DNA of 64,000 nucleotides from an uncultured Acidobacteriota bacterium (GCA_963734635.1 CAVTIA010000014.1:720192-784191); one strand, 5' to 3'. Counted from the stretch's first letter, positions 17,739 to 27,792 are shown. Notes: generated by a model from the letters alone, not told the origin. Translations and numbers: made by a program.

Positions 17739-18724
17739 CCTTCGGCGACGAACCTGCCTCAAGTCGTTACGGAAGCCGTGCTGCTGCAGGCGTGCATGGA
17801 CACTGGCGTCGAGTTTGTCTGGAACGCGGAGTTCGTAACTGCAAGGGCTGACGATCGCAACGTTGTTCTTGACACCATTGACGGGCGCCGTATCAGCGCC
17901 CGCTATGTGATCGGCGCGGACGGTGCGCGTTCAGTCGTGCGCGAGTCAACGGGGCTGCGTCTCGAGGGGCCACGAACGTCGAACGCTTACGTAATCGTCG
18001 ACGTTGCCGAAGATCCTGTCGCGCCGCTCCCGCTCGAGCGCGTGTTTCATTACGAGCATCCGCAGGTTGGATTTCGTAATGTGCTGTTCGTCCCGTTTGC
18101 GGGTCACTGGCGCGTCGATTTGCAGTGTCATCCTGACGACGACCCGGACGAGTACAGCTCTGATGCGGGCGTACGCGATTGGCTGGCGCGCGTGATGCCC
18201 GCGAAGTACGCGGATCGCGTGACATGGGTGTCGTCCTATGTCTTTCGACAGGCGATCGCAAGCTCGTTCGCCGACGAAACCCGACGTGTGCTGCTGGTGG
18301 GAGAGGCCGCGCATCTGTTTGCGCCGTTTGGCGCGCGTGGCCTCAATTCAGGCGTCGCCGACGCGGTGATGGCGGCGCGGGCGATAGATTCGGCCCTGCG
18401 TGCTGAAAGGCCCGCCGCTGCGGCCGCGTCTGTCGACGAGTTTGCGGTCGCCCGCCGCGCGGCAGCCGCTCGCAACCGGGCGGCCTCATCTGCCGCGCTC
18501 GCCCACCTGCAAGCCGCCTCACCGGCCCGGCGCCGGCTGCGCCGCGCAGCTGCCAGAGTGGCGCCGTTTGTGACCTCGGCGGGCCGCTGGCTCGACCGAG
18601 CGCCATTCGGACCCCGGCTCGGCGAGCCGGATCGCTATGGAATGCACTACTAGAGCAACCGGACGCATCGGCGCGTCAGGGCGACTGAGCGTCGCGATCG
18701 GCAAAAACGCCGCAGGCAACCTTT

Positions 18725-18837
18725 CGTTCACACTTCTGTGTTCTCCATTCTCTGTTCGTGTTCACGTTCGGTTCGAAGTTCGAGGCGCGGTCGAACCTGA
18801 ACACGAACCGAGAAGTGAGAACCAGGAAGCGTGAACG
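18725..18837. repeat. ORF-less hairpin copy (113 bp) of the 37667..38357 element
   Basis: The left arm CGTTCACACTTCTGTGTTCTCCATTCTCTGTTCGTGTTCACGTTCG and the reverse complement of the right arm agree at most positions by eye. Confidence 0.75.
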
Positions 18838-18843
18838 TCGGTC

Positions 18844-20153
18844 TCAAAACCTCCGATTGATCCAAGCGGCCGCGTAGTCGTAGAAATTCTTCACCGTGTT
18901 CGAGTACTGCCCCGGTACGGATTCGCAGGACACGCACGGTGTTTGGCCATGTTCAGCACCCTCAACGACTACGAAGTCCTTGTCGGAGCTGGCGGCGAGC
19001 TCATAGTGGATCTCGTTATCACGGACGAAATAATGCGCGCCCATCGCGGCTACCAGCAGCGGCACGCGGATCTTTGGCAAATGACACGGAGGGGAATTGT
19101 TGCTCGAGCAGTGGTCAATTCGATCCATGGAGTCGGTCGCCCGAATGGCGTTCGCGCTCAAGAACGACTTGATGGTCAGGAGAGCCGTCCCGTTCGCGAA
19201 TGAGACATTCTCTTGCGCCAGCTGCGGAGCCGCGCGACGAACGCTTTCCACGATTTGCGTCACCACTGTTCCGTCATTCTTGAGTAACTTTCGCGGCTTG
19301 GCTGTGCTGTGGTGGACGCTCAGATCGAGTTGCATCAGGCGGCCACCGACTCCCCTGGGAACCACGAAGGCGTCATCGTCCGGGTACAGGTATTTCGCGT
19401 CCTTCATTCGGGTCTGCCTGTCCATCGCCAGATCGATCAACCTGTTCATCCGCTCCGCCTGTGCCTTGAAGTACTTGGTCTTGAACTCTTCGCTATAGGA
19501 GGACGGTCCCTTAGGGTTGTACCCGTTCCTGGGATTGAATGGATCCAGACTCGGATCGAGTTGATCTGGCCGACTTTCGTTTGTAACAGCAGGATTGAGG
19601 CTCCTGAGTGCATTGACAGGGTTGCCTGGATGCGCGTCGACCAGAATCAGGCCATCGGCTGGAGCCAGCCCGCCAAGCTCATTCCCGCACTGCACAAGCT
19701 TCTCAGGTCCGCGGCACACGGACGGTCCGTTTTCGGCGACGCTCTCATAGAACGTCATCGTCGCGCCACCGCCGCTCCAGCCCCAGAGAATGATCTTCGT
19801 GATTCCCGGCTGTTTCTTGAGAAACTGCACGCCCGCGCTGACGTCCAGCGGGATGGTCTCGAACCGGACCAGCGCCTCGTTGTTGTCCGACCTGGGGTTC
19901 ATGCACAAGACCGCAAATCCCCTTCTGGACAGCTCTGTGCAGGCGAGTGCGCCCATGAAGTTCGATGTCCGGTGCATGACGAGGATGGCAACGTGAGGCA
20001 CAGGGTCCGCGGCATCAGGCAAGTAGAACGCGCCCTTCACGGACGCGGGCACGCCGGGGAATCGGATGTACCGCGGGTTGCTCTGCGCGACTGCAGGCCA
20101 GCGATAAGACCGAGACTTGCAAGGGCAATCGACGCACGTGCTGTCCAATTCAT
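18844..20153 (-). pseudogene. secreted alpha/beta hydrolase; apparent 1-nt deletion near 20090 separates the signal peptide from the body
   Basis: ATG 20153 gives MNWTARASIALASLGLIAGL, then the frame shifts into ...AVAQSNPRYIRFPG of the 18844..20148 ORF. GWSGGG is the nucleophile elbow. Confidence 0.65.
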
Positions 20154-20356
20154 GCGAGTGCTCTCGTTATGGTGCTCTCTCGAAAGCGACGACGTACAGA
20201 TGCCACTGCTTCGGAATCACCGTAACCGGCGCTTCAAACGTGAGGAGGTCTTGAAATCCGCATTGACGGCTTTGCTCGTCGGGGCCGCAAGGTACCGCCG
20301 CCCGTCGCCATTGCGCGACGCGCGCCTGTCGGTCTCGTGCTCGAGCAGAGTGCCTG

Positions 20357-20681
20357 TCAGCCGTCAACTCGGACAAGTTCCCCAGCCTTGATCTTGGTCA
20401 GAGCGTCGAGAATCCGAGGTACCGAGCGGTCGAAGTTCCTGCAGCCGATTCCTTCGCACCCGCACCACGACAACGCCAATCCCTGACGTCCGAAGGTTCT
20501 GCTGGAACTCGAGATGCTGATCGACCGTGCGCAAGACCTCGAAACGCTCTGCAACCATGAGTTTGAGCAGTTCGCCGTTGCGTTTCGATGACCACCCCAT
20601 CTCGACCACATGCCGGACGGCGTGGCCAGGCAGATCGTTCTTCAGCCGCTTGGGAACACACTCATCGAGCAACAGCAGCAT
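20357..20681 (-). pseudogene. DUF5615-like (PIN-like) protein; apparent 1-nt insertion near 20423
   Basis: MLLLLDECVPKRL... is in one frame and the expected C-terminus VPRILDALTKIKAGELVRV in the 20357..20611 frame; 325 nt = 3n+1. Confidence 0.65.
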
Positions 20682-20889
20682 GAGCCTCGGTCATTTCGCG
20701 GGCCAGCTCGAGCGCCGCAACTGCCTGCTCACGGGTTACAGAAGGAAAATCTTCGAGAAAGTCGTCCAGCGAGTCTCCGCCTTCAAGGTAGTCGTAAAGA
20801 TTCTTGACGGGCACCCGCGTACCTACGAACACTGGCGTGCCGCCCAAAATCTCAGGATCGCTGTGGACCACCGGCGGTCTATCGGGCAT
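20662..20889 (-). CDS. DUF433-like protein
   Basis: 75 aa; DPEILGGTPVFVGTRVPVKNLYDYLEGGDSLDDFLEDFPSVTREQ is the DUF433 signature. Overlaps the downstream gene by 20 nt. Confidence 0.75.
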   Translation of the reverse strand: MPDRPPVVHSDPEILGGTPVFVGTRVPVKNLYDYLEGGDSLDDFLEDFPSVTREQAVAALELAREMTEAHAAVAR

Positions 20890-20997
20890 CTGGACGATCT
20901 ACCTTGAGTATACGTCTCGTGCCATCTGGTGCGGGCAACGGTGACCGACCGCGCCGTAGAAGGCGCTGGACCCACCGACGATGGGACGGAAAGGGCG

Positions 20998-23262
20998 TCA
21001 GCGCCCGTCACCGCCGGGCAGTTTCAGCCGTGTCAGCAGCGCCGGAAACCCGGGATGCGCGCGGATCGCGTCGTATTCCGGGTCACAACCGAGCCGCCCG
21101 AGGAACCCGTTGCCATCGCTGATACCGCGATTGAGCCACTCGATCGCCTCGTCCGTGCGATTCATGCCGACCAGTACACGTCCGCCACCCAGCAGGGTGC
21201 GATGTATTCGGTGTCACTGCGCGTCAGCAGTTCCTGCAGCGCGCGTTCGGCGTCGGCGGTCCGCCCGGCCCGGGCGTACGCGAAGCCGAGCGTCGAGACG
21301 AGCACCGGCTGGCGATCGCCCACGCTGACCGCGCGTTCCGCGGTGACGACCGCCTCGTCGCTGCGCCCGCTGGCGGCCTGGAAAAGCGCCCTGATCCAGT
21401 GCGGGAACGCGGCCTCGCGCTCGAACTCGAGGGAGAGTCGTGTATAGCGATCCGCGCGCTCGAAGTCGCGACTCCAGTACGCGACGCCGCCCGCAAGGTA
21501 GGCGATCACGGCGGAATCAGGCTCCAGCGCCACGGCAGCGTCCGCGGCGCGCACCGCGTCGTCCGGGCGCCCGACGCACGCCCAGAGCAGCCCGAGATAG
21601 GCCTGGCTCACCGCAAGCTTCGGATTGAGCGCGAGGGCGCGCTGATAGCCGGCTTCGGCGGCGGCGTAATCGTTCCGGATCCACTGGGCGGTGGCCCCGA
21701 CGCTGTGGTGCGCTTCGGCCAGCGAGGGGTCGAGCGCCAGGGCGCGATCGGCTGCGGCGATGGCGAGCGGCCCGAGTTCCCGGCCGGGCCGCACACCGTA
21801 AATGGCCATCACCGTATAGCAGTCGGCGATGCCGGCGTGCGCGAGCGCATAATCGGGATCGGCGGCCGCCGCCTTCTCGAAACACTCGAGCGCGGTCCGC
21901 AGGTGCCACCGGTTGCGTCGGGCCCAGTGGTACCGGCCCTTGAGGCAGAGCGCGTAGGCCTCGGGGTTGTCGGTGGCCTTCCGCACGAGTGGCGTGTCAC
22001 TGCCGCGCGTCAGTTTCACGCGGAGGCGTTCGGCGACGGTGCGGGCGATCTCGTCCTGCACGGCGAAGACATCGTCGAGGTCGCGGTCGTAGCGCTCCGT
22101 CCACAGCTCATATCCGTCGCCCACGTTGGTGAGCTGCGCCGTGATGCGCACGCGGTTCCCGGCCTTGCGGACGCTGCCCTCGACGACGTGCTGGACGTTC
22201 AACCGCTGACCAATCTCCGCGATGTCCAGCCCCTTCTCATGGCAACGCATCGCGGAGGTCCGGGAGGCGACCTGCAACGCGCCCAGCGCCGAGAGCGCAG
22301 TGATGATTTCGTCGGCGATGCCCTCGCAGAAGTACTGCTGATCGCCGGCGGGGCTCGAGATCCTTGAACGGCAGCACGGCGAGCGACGGCAGGGCCCTGG
22401 CGGCCGGGTGGTGACCGCCGCTCGACTGCCGCGCGCGCAGGATGGCGCGAAGCTCGTCGACGATGTCTCTTGCATGCTGGGGCCTCGCTTCAGGCGCCTT
22501 GGACACGGTCCGCGCGATCAGACGCTCGAGTCCGGAGGGGAGGTTCGCCACGAAGCCCCGTAGCGGCACGTCTTTGTTGAGAATCGCGTCGAAGATGACG
22601 GCAGTCGTGCTCCCGGCAAACGCCGGACGGCCGCTCAGCATCTCGTAGAGCACGAGCCCGAACGAGAAGATGTCGCTCCGCCCGTCCACCACGTCCCCTC
22701 GCGCCTGCTCCGGCGACATGTAGGCCACGGTGCCGAGCACGTCGCCGGCAACGGTCAAGCCTGCCTGGGTGACATCCACGGGAACGTCGGTCCGCTTCGC
22801 GAGGCCGAAGTCGAGTACTTTCGCGTGGCCGGCCGGGGTCACGATGATGTTGGCCGGCTTCAGATCGCGGTGCACGACGCCGCCGGCGTGCGCCGCATGC
22901 AGCGCGTCCGCGATCTCGATGGCCAGCGCCAACGCCTCGTCCAGCGGCATCGGGCGGCCGGCGATGCGCGCCGCGAGGGTGTCGCCATCGACGAGTTCCA
23001 TGGCGATGAAGTGCCGGCCGTCGACTTCGCCGACATCGTAAACCGTGCAGATGTTCGGATGATTGAGCGCGGCCGCGGCCCGCGCCTCGCGGCGCAGCCG
23101 TTCGGCGGAGCTCGGCCCCCGGCCATCCTCGGGAAGGAACTTCAGTGCTACGGGTCGATCGAGGCGGACGTCGATTGCGCGATACACGACGCCCATGCCG
23201 CCAGCGCCCAGTGGAGCAACGATCTGGTAGACGCCGAGACGCGTGCCGGGGAGAAGGCTCAC
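20998..23262 (-). pseudogene. Ser/Thr protein kinase with C-terminal TPR region; two apparent frame breaks (near 22355 and near 21175)
   Basis: [16 protein letters not shown] and [19 protein letters not shown]|[17 protein letters not shown] continues in the 21162..22475 frame. The tail MNRTDEAIEWLNRGI...DPEYDAIRAHPGFPALLTRLKL is in a third frame, ending at TGA 20998. Confidence 0.75.
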
Positions 23263-23329
23263 GTGCGGGATTATACGGGCGGCACGTCAGGCGGCCGCAG
23301 AAGGCCGGTGTGGCTGACGGTGCGGTGCG

Positions 23330-24169
23330 TCAGCGGGGTTGCGCCTGATCGGGCGACCGCATGAACAGCGACGGCCGCTTCAGGTACTCCTGATAGCGGG
23401 CCGGATCCAGGTTGTTTTCCGCACAGACGTACTCGCGGACGCGAACGCCCTCGCGGAGCATGAGCGTGCGGCGAATCGTCCACGGCTTGGCGAGCAGCTC
23501 CGGATCCTCGATCACCGCCTCGTAGTTCAACTGATCCTTGTCGATGCGCGTATAACGTTCGGTGATGTGCAGCTTGTCGCTGCTGACGATGCCGGCGGCG
23601 AGCCAGTTGCCCTCCTTGAAGTTGTTGACATCGACGACGAGCGTGTCGCCATCCCACCGCCCAACGGAGTCGCCTTGGTACGTCGGTTCGGCATCATCGG
23701 GGTGTGGGCGGCCGTCGGTGGGAATGATTCGGACGGCATTGAAGTACTCGTAGATGATGACGACCTGCCCGGGCGTCTGTACGAACTGAATCGGGAAGAG
23801 GATAACGCCGGTCATCCGCGGACCGGCCGAAGGCAGGCAATACGCCGTCGGATCGTCGATCGAACGCCGGTTGAGCAGCTCCTGCGTGCGCTGTCGCGCC
23901 GATGGCAGCAGTGATGGCGGCTCGTTCTGCGGGCCGCCCCCCTGTCCAGGCGCCGACGGGTCCCATTCGCCGCGCTTCGGGCTCGACTGGTACACACCGT
24001 TCAAGTCGACCCTGCCGTCTGGGGTTCGCGGCGTGGCAGCCTGTGGCGGAAGGGCAGCATTCCCCGGCGACGTTTGGGCGACCGCGGAAGCAATCAGCAC
24101 CAAGGACGCGATGACCACCACGGCGACGACGCCGGCGGCGCCTGTCACGCGGGCACTCATGCCACTCAT
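23330..24169 (-). CDS. secreted conserved hypothetical protein (intact paralog of 27..972)
   Basis: ATG 24169 (or 24160), signal peptide VVAVVVIASLVLIASAVA, then IIPTDGRPHPDD and GDSVGRWDGDTLVVDV. Confidence 0.7.
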   Translation of the reverse strand: MSGMSARVTGAAGVVAVVVIASLVLIASAVAQTSPGNAALPPQAATPRTPDGRVDLNGVYQSSPKRGEWDPSAPGQGGGPQNEPPSLLPSARQRTQELLNRRSIDDPTAYCLPSAGPRMTGVILFPIQFVQTPGQVVIIYEYFNAVRIIPTDGRPHPDDAEPTYQGDSVGRWDGDTLVVDVNNFKEGNWLAAGIVSSDKLHITERYTRIDKDQLNYEAVIEDPELLAKPWTIRRTLMLREGVRVREYVCAENNLDPARYQEYLKRPSLFMRSPDQAQPR

Positions 24170-24263
24170 CCTAGACTCGCGGAGCGCGTCCCCCCAACCA
24201 CTGGGCTGACAGCAAGGACGAGGCTCCATCGATCGGAATATCAAGGGCGAGTTCTTGGCTAAT

Positions 24264-24701
24264 TCAGTTACCCGGCGCGACGGCAGCGCCTTCACCGGTT
24301 CCGGACAGAGGTCCAAAGAACAGATGTTTGCCGCTGGGCAGCGTGACCTCTCGTCCCAACGCAAAGGGAGAATCGTCCCGCGCGCGCCATCCGACAACCG
24401 TCAGGGTGTCACCGATTTTGATGGTTCCCTCCCGCGACCAGCCCGTGCGGTAGAGCACGACTGACGGGTAGCCTTCGAATACCCAGGCCACCACTGCCCC
24501 GTCCTTCTCCTTGACGTCCAGGTACAGATGACTGTGAGGATTGGTCCACTGCACCTTGGTCAGGACACCGGTGATGGTGACCGGCTTGTTGGCGTCGAAG
24601 GTTGCTCCGAAGGAGTGATGCGCCCAGACAGGCGCCGCACCACTGAGCGCCGCGAACAGCGCGAGGCCGGACGCCACCGCGAAAACCGGACAGGTACGCA
24701 T
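24264..24701 (-). CDS. DUF6152-like small secreted protein
   Basis: ATG 24701 preceded by AAGGAGG; signal peptide ...APVWA|HHSFGATFD; 145 aa. The rest of the 369-aa track ORF upstream is non-coding-looking. Confidence 0.8.
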   Translation of the reverse strand: MRTCPVFAVASGLALFAALSGAAPVWAHHSFGATFDANKPVTITGVLTKVQWTNPHSHLYLDVKEKDGAVVAWVFEGYPSVVLYRTGWSREGTIKIGDTLTVVGWRARDDSPFALGREVTLPSGKHLFFGPLSGTGEGAAVAPGN

Positions 24702-24797
24702 GCGGCCTCCTTGAAGGTGGTGCCATTCTAGAGCAGAACTCTGTTGTCCATCTCTTCGGCAGATGGCGATATGCTGGGTGGAACCGGAGGGTCTCGC

Positions 24798-25970
24798 ATG
24801 AAGTGGATGGTGACGATGTGTGCGCTCGTGGGCTGGGTCGCGGGTGGGGTGTCGGCCTCCGCGATCACGGGCGATCAGCCAGAGTTTCGTAAGCTCGCCG
24901 AGGACGTCTATGCCTACATCGGCAAGCTGAACGACTCGAACGCGATGGCCATCGTGACCACCGAAGGGGTCGTCCTCGTGGACACTGGCAACAACACGAC
25001 GGACACGCGCGAACTGCTGAAGCATGTCCAGTCGGTCACGAGGCAACCGGTGCGCTACGTCGTCATCACCCAGAATCACAATGACCATTCCGGCGGCGCC
25101 GCGCTCTTCTCGCCCCCGGCAAAGACCATCGTCCATGAGCGGGTCGCGAAGCAGTGGGCCAGCCTGAAGCCCCATCAGATCACCGCGTGGCGGCGGCGCT
25201 TCCCCGAGCGGACGGCGGCGCTCGAACGCCTGAATCCGACCGACACCATCCAGAGCGTCGGGAATCAGTTCACGCTTCGTCTGGGCGGCAAAGAGATTCA
25301 GTTGATCTACGTCGAGGACGAATACAATCCCGGCGACATCGCGGTCTGGCTGCCGAAGGAGCGCATCCTGCACGCGTCAATGGCGGGCTACAAAGACCGC
25401 CATCCCGACATCCGTCCCGACTACAGCCATGGGACGACTGAAGGGCTGCTGAAGCAACTGAAGACGTACCTGGCGCTGCGCCCCGCGACCGTCGTCCCGG
25501 CGCACGGGCCGGTGGGCGGCGGGTGGCTGCTGGAGGGCATGATCGAGTACTACCTGCTCGCCCGCGACCAGGTGCAGGAGATGATGAAGAAGGGGGTGCC
25601 GCTGGCCGCCGTCGAAAAGGAGTTTCAGATGAAGTCGTTCAGCGGGTGGGATCGCACCGAGCACCTGCCTTGGATCGCGGCGACTATCCATCGCGAGCTG
25701 CAGGGTCTCGGGCCGCAGGTCATCACGGTCGCCGAACGGCGGCTCAGCGGCGTCGTTTCGAGCGCTGTTCAGGATGGCCGGTTTGTAACCGTGACCACCG
25801 GCGACGGGACGCAGGTGCGACTTCGCGTCACCGGCGACACAGTGTTCGAAGGGATCGGCGACCGGACCGAGATCAGGTCGGGGATGAAGGTGTCAGCGGC
25901 GTACGAGGTGCCCGACGGCATCGTGCCGGCGCTCGGCTTCGATACCCTCGAATTAACGGTGTCCCGCTGA
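24798..25970 (+). CDS. secreted MBL-fold metallohydrolase with extra C-terminal domain
   Basis: ATG 24798 preceded by GGAGGG; VVLVDTGNN...VVITQNHNDHSGG is a variant HxHxDH motif. Confidence 0.65.
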   Translation: MKWMVTMCALVGWVAGGVSASAITGDQPEFRKLAEDVYAYIGKLNDSNAMAIVTTEGVVLVDTGNNTTDTRELLKHVQSVTRQPVRYVVITQNHNDHSGGAALFSPPAKTIVHERVAKQWASLKPHQITAWRRRFPERTAALERLNPTDTIQSVGNQFTLRLGGKEIQLIYVEDEYNPGDIAVWLPKERILHASMAGYKDRHPDIRPDYSHGTTEGLLKQLKTYLALRPATVVPAHGPVGGGWLLEGMIEYYLLARDQVQEMMKKGVPLAAVEKEFQMKSFSGWDRTEHLPWIAATIHRELQGLGPQVITVAERRLSGVVSSAVQDGRFVTVTTGDGTQVRLRVTGDTVFEGIGDRTEIRSGMKVSAAYEVPDGIVPALGFDTLELTVSR

Positions 25971-26008
25971 GCGACGTCGCAGGGCCTCAAGTGGCCTGAG
26001 CGGCGGCG

Positions 26009-27721
26009 CTAGTCGAGCGGCTCCAGCTTCACGATAGAGCCACCGTGATTGCTGCCGACCCAGAACGTCACCGGGCTGGTGGAGTTGTCCACCCACACGC
26101 GCCGGATATTGGTCGGGTTGGGGAGAAGGTACTCCGTGAACCGACCGGTCTTCGTATCGAGCCGCACGATCCGGTCGTTCATCATCGATCCAGTCCACGC
26201 CTCGCCGTTCTTGTCGATGACGACGTCGTAGGGGTTGGACCAGGCTGTGGGAACAGGCCATTCCTTGATCTGCTTCGTCCTCGGGTCGAGCACTCCGATG
26301 GCGTTGCCGTCGTATTCGGCAAACCACAGGCGGTTCTGGTTGTCGACGCTTCCCCGGCGCGGCCGCGAATTCGGGATCGCCGTGCGGAGGATCTCCAGTT
26401 TCTTCGTGGCGCCGTTGAGGATGCCGATGTTCGCGGCGTTGAAGTCGAGCATGTACAGATTGTTGTTGTGGTCGGCGTTGATGCCGTAGGAGCCGATCGT
26501 GCGCTTCGTCTCGGGGTCGGCAAAAGTGCCGAAGTTCTCCCAGGTGCTCGTCGCAGGATCCAATCTCAGAATCTGCGCTCGGTCGGAGTTCTTCACCCAC
26601 ACCTTGCCGTCGACGTGCGAGAAGGTCGGCGAGGCGAAGGACTGCTGCGTGGCATCGGTCTGCCATTCCTTCGGGACGGACCAGGTCTGGACCTTGCCCG
26701 TCTTTCTGTCGAGTTTCGCGACGCCGCCCTGATACATCAGGGCGACCCAGAGGTTGCCATCCCGGTCGAACTCGAGATCGAGCGTCCCGACGGGGAATCC
26801 GTCCTTGATCTGTGGAATCGGATATTCGGTGACCTTGCCGGTCTTGGGGTCCATCTTCCCCACGAAGAGCGCGCCGAAGTCCGAGTACCAGACCATGCCG
26901 TCGGCGTCGACGACGACGTCATGCGGCTCGATGGTCGTGCGCGGCAGATCGTATTCGGTGACAACCATGCGCGTGCCGCGCCCCGAGGGGCGCGGCAGCG
27001 TCTTGAACGCGTAGTCGTGCATCGGCCCATCGCCCAGGTTGACGGTGGCCAGCCATTCGGCGGCGGCTTTCGCCCGGGTATCAGCGCCCATGCCGCCTTC
27101 GCCCCCCATGGCGTTGCCTGCGCCCCCGCCCAGATTGCGCCGCGCCGTACCCACGAGCCGCTGTGGACGCTGCAGTGTGCTGCCGGGATAGTAGCCAGCC
27201 ATCCGCTCGAGGACCTGCAGGAACTGCCCGGCGTCGTGCCTGGAATTCACGATGGGCGTGTAGGAATGGCAACTGTTGCAGGAGAGCAGGAACTTCTTCT
27301 GCTGATCGGAGCCGGGCATGCTCGCCAGCCACTCGGCGTTGGTGAGCTGCGAGGCGAGATCCTTCGTCGGACGCAGCGTGAGGTCCGCGTTCGCCGTTAC
27401 GCCGGGGCGCACATCGATCGCAGTCCGCCCAGGGAGCTCGTAACCGATCGCGCGGATCCTCAGCGCGTATTCGCCCGGCTCGAGCTTCGCCGCAGGGAAG
27501 CTGTAACGGCCCGTGTCGTCGGAGACGACTGAAATGGCGGCGGTGGAGCCGCTCTTTCTGGCGGTGACCACCACGCCTTCCATGGGGCCTTCCTGTTCGG
27601 AGTTGACACGACCGGTCAGGGCCACGCCGGCCTGCGCCTGCGTCGACGACCAGCCCCATCCAGTGTGGATGACGAGCGCCGTCAGTCCAACGACCGCGGC
27701 AAGCCCTAGAGTCTTTCGCAT
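26009..27721 (-). CDS. CarboxypepD_reg-like domain + CXXCH haem motif + beta-propeller (NHL/virginiamycin-B-lyase-like) secreted protein
   Basis: GRVNSEQEGPMEGVVVTARK...DDTGRYSF, then LSCNSCH, then repeated D.DG.VW-type blades; 570 aa, intact. Confidence 0.7.
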   Translation of the reverse strand: MRKTLGLAAVVGLTALVIHTGWGWSSTQAQAGVALTGRVNSEQEGPMEGVVVTARKSGSTAAISVVSDDTGRYSFPAAKLEPGEYALRIRAIGYELPGRTAIDVRPGVTANADLTLRPTKDLASQLTNAEWLASMPGSDQQKKFLLSCNSCHSYTPIVNSRHDAGQFLQVLERMAGYYPGSTLQRPQRLVGTARRNLGGGAGNAMGGEGGMGADTRAKAAAEWLATVNLGDGPMHDYAFKTLPRPSGRGTRMVVTEYDLPRTTIEPHDVVVDADGMVWYSDFGALFVGKMDPKTGKVTEYPIPQIKDGFPVGTLDLEFDRDGNLWVALMYQGGVAKLDRKTGKVQTWSVPKEWQTDATQQSFASPTFSHVDGKVWVKNSDRAQILRLDPATSTWENFGTFADPETKRTIGSYGINADHNNNLYMLDFNAANIGILNGATKKLEILRTAIPNSRPRRGSVDNQNRLWFAEYDGNAIGVLDPRTKQIKEWPVPTAWSNPYDVVIDKNGEAWTGSMMNDRIVRLDTKTGRFTEYLLPNPTNIRRVWVDNSTSPVTFWVGSNHGGSIVKLEPLD

Positions 27722-27792
27722 GGAAGCCTCCCAGCCGGGCCAATCTTAGGCCTTCCCGCCCGGTTTGGCCAATGCAGGGGCATGTATTATTT

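Larger units (their letters stand above)
16434..18653 (+). pseudogene. FAD-dependent monooxygenase interrupted by a 1041-bp insertion (fragments 16434..16697 and 17739..18653)
   Basis: DIVVVGAGPVGLTAAL ... YRGREVY comes before the break; PSATNLPQVVTEAVL, GADGARSVVRE and GEAAHLFAPFGARGLNSGVADA follow it in the same phase. In the present sequence the frame hits a stop at 16806. Confidence 0.75.

Noticed and set aside
24702-25373. Upstream two-thirds of the 369-aa track ORF 24264..25373
   Set aside because: Only the last 145 codons (from ATG 24701 with AAGGAGG) resemble the DUF6152-like paralogs. The upstream part is antisense to the MBL gene 24798..25970 and has shadow-ORF composition.
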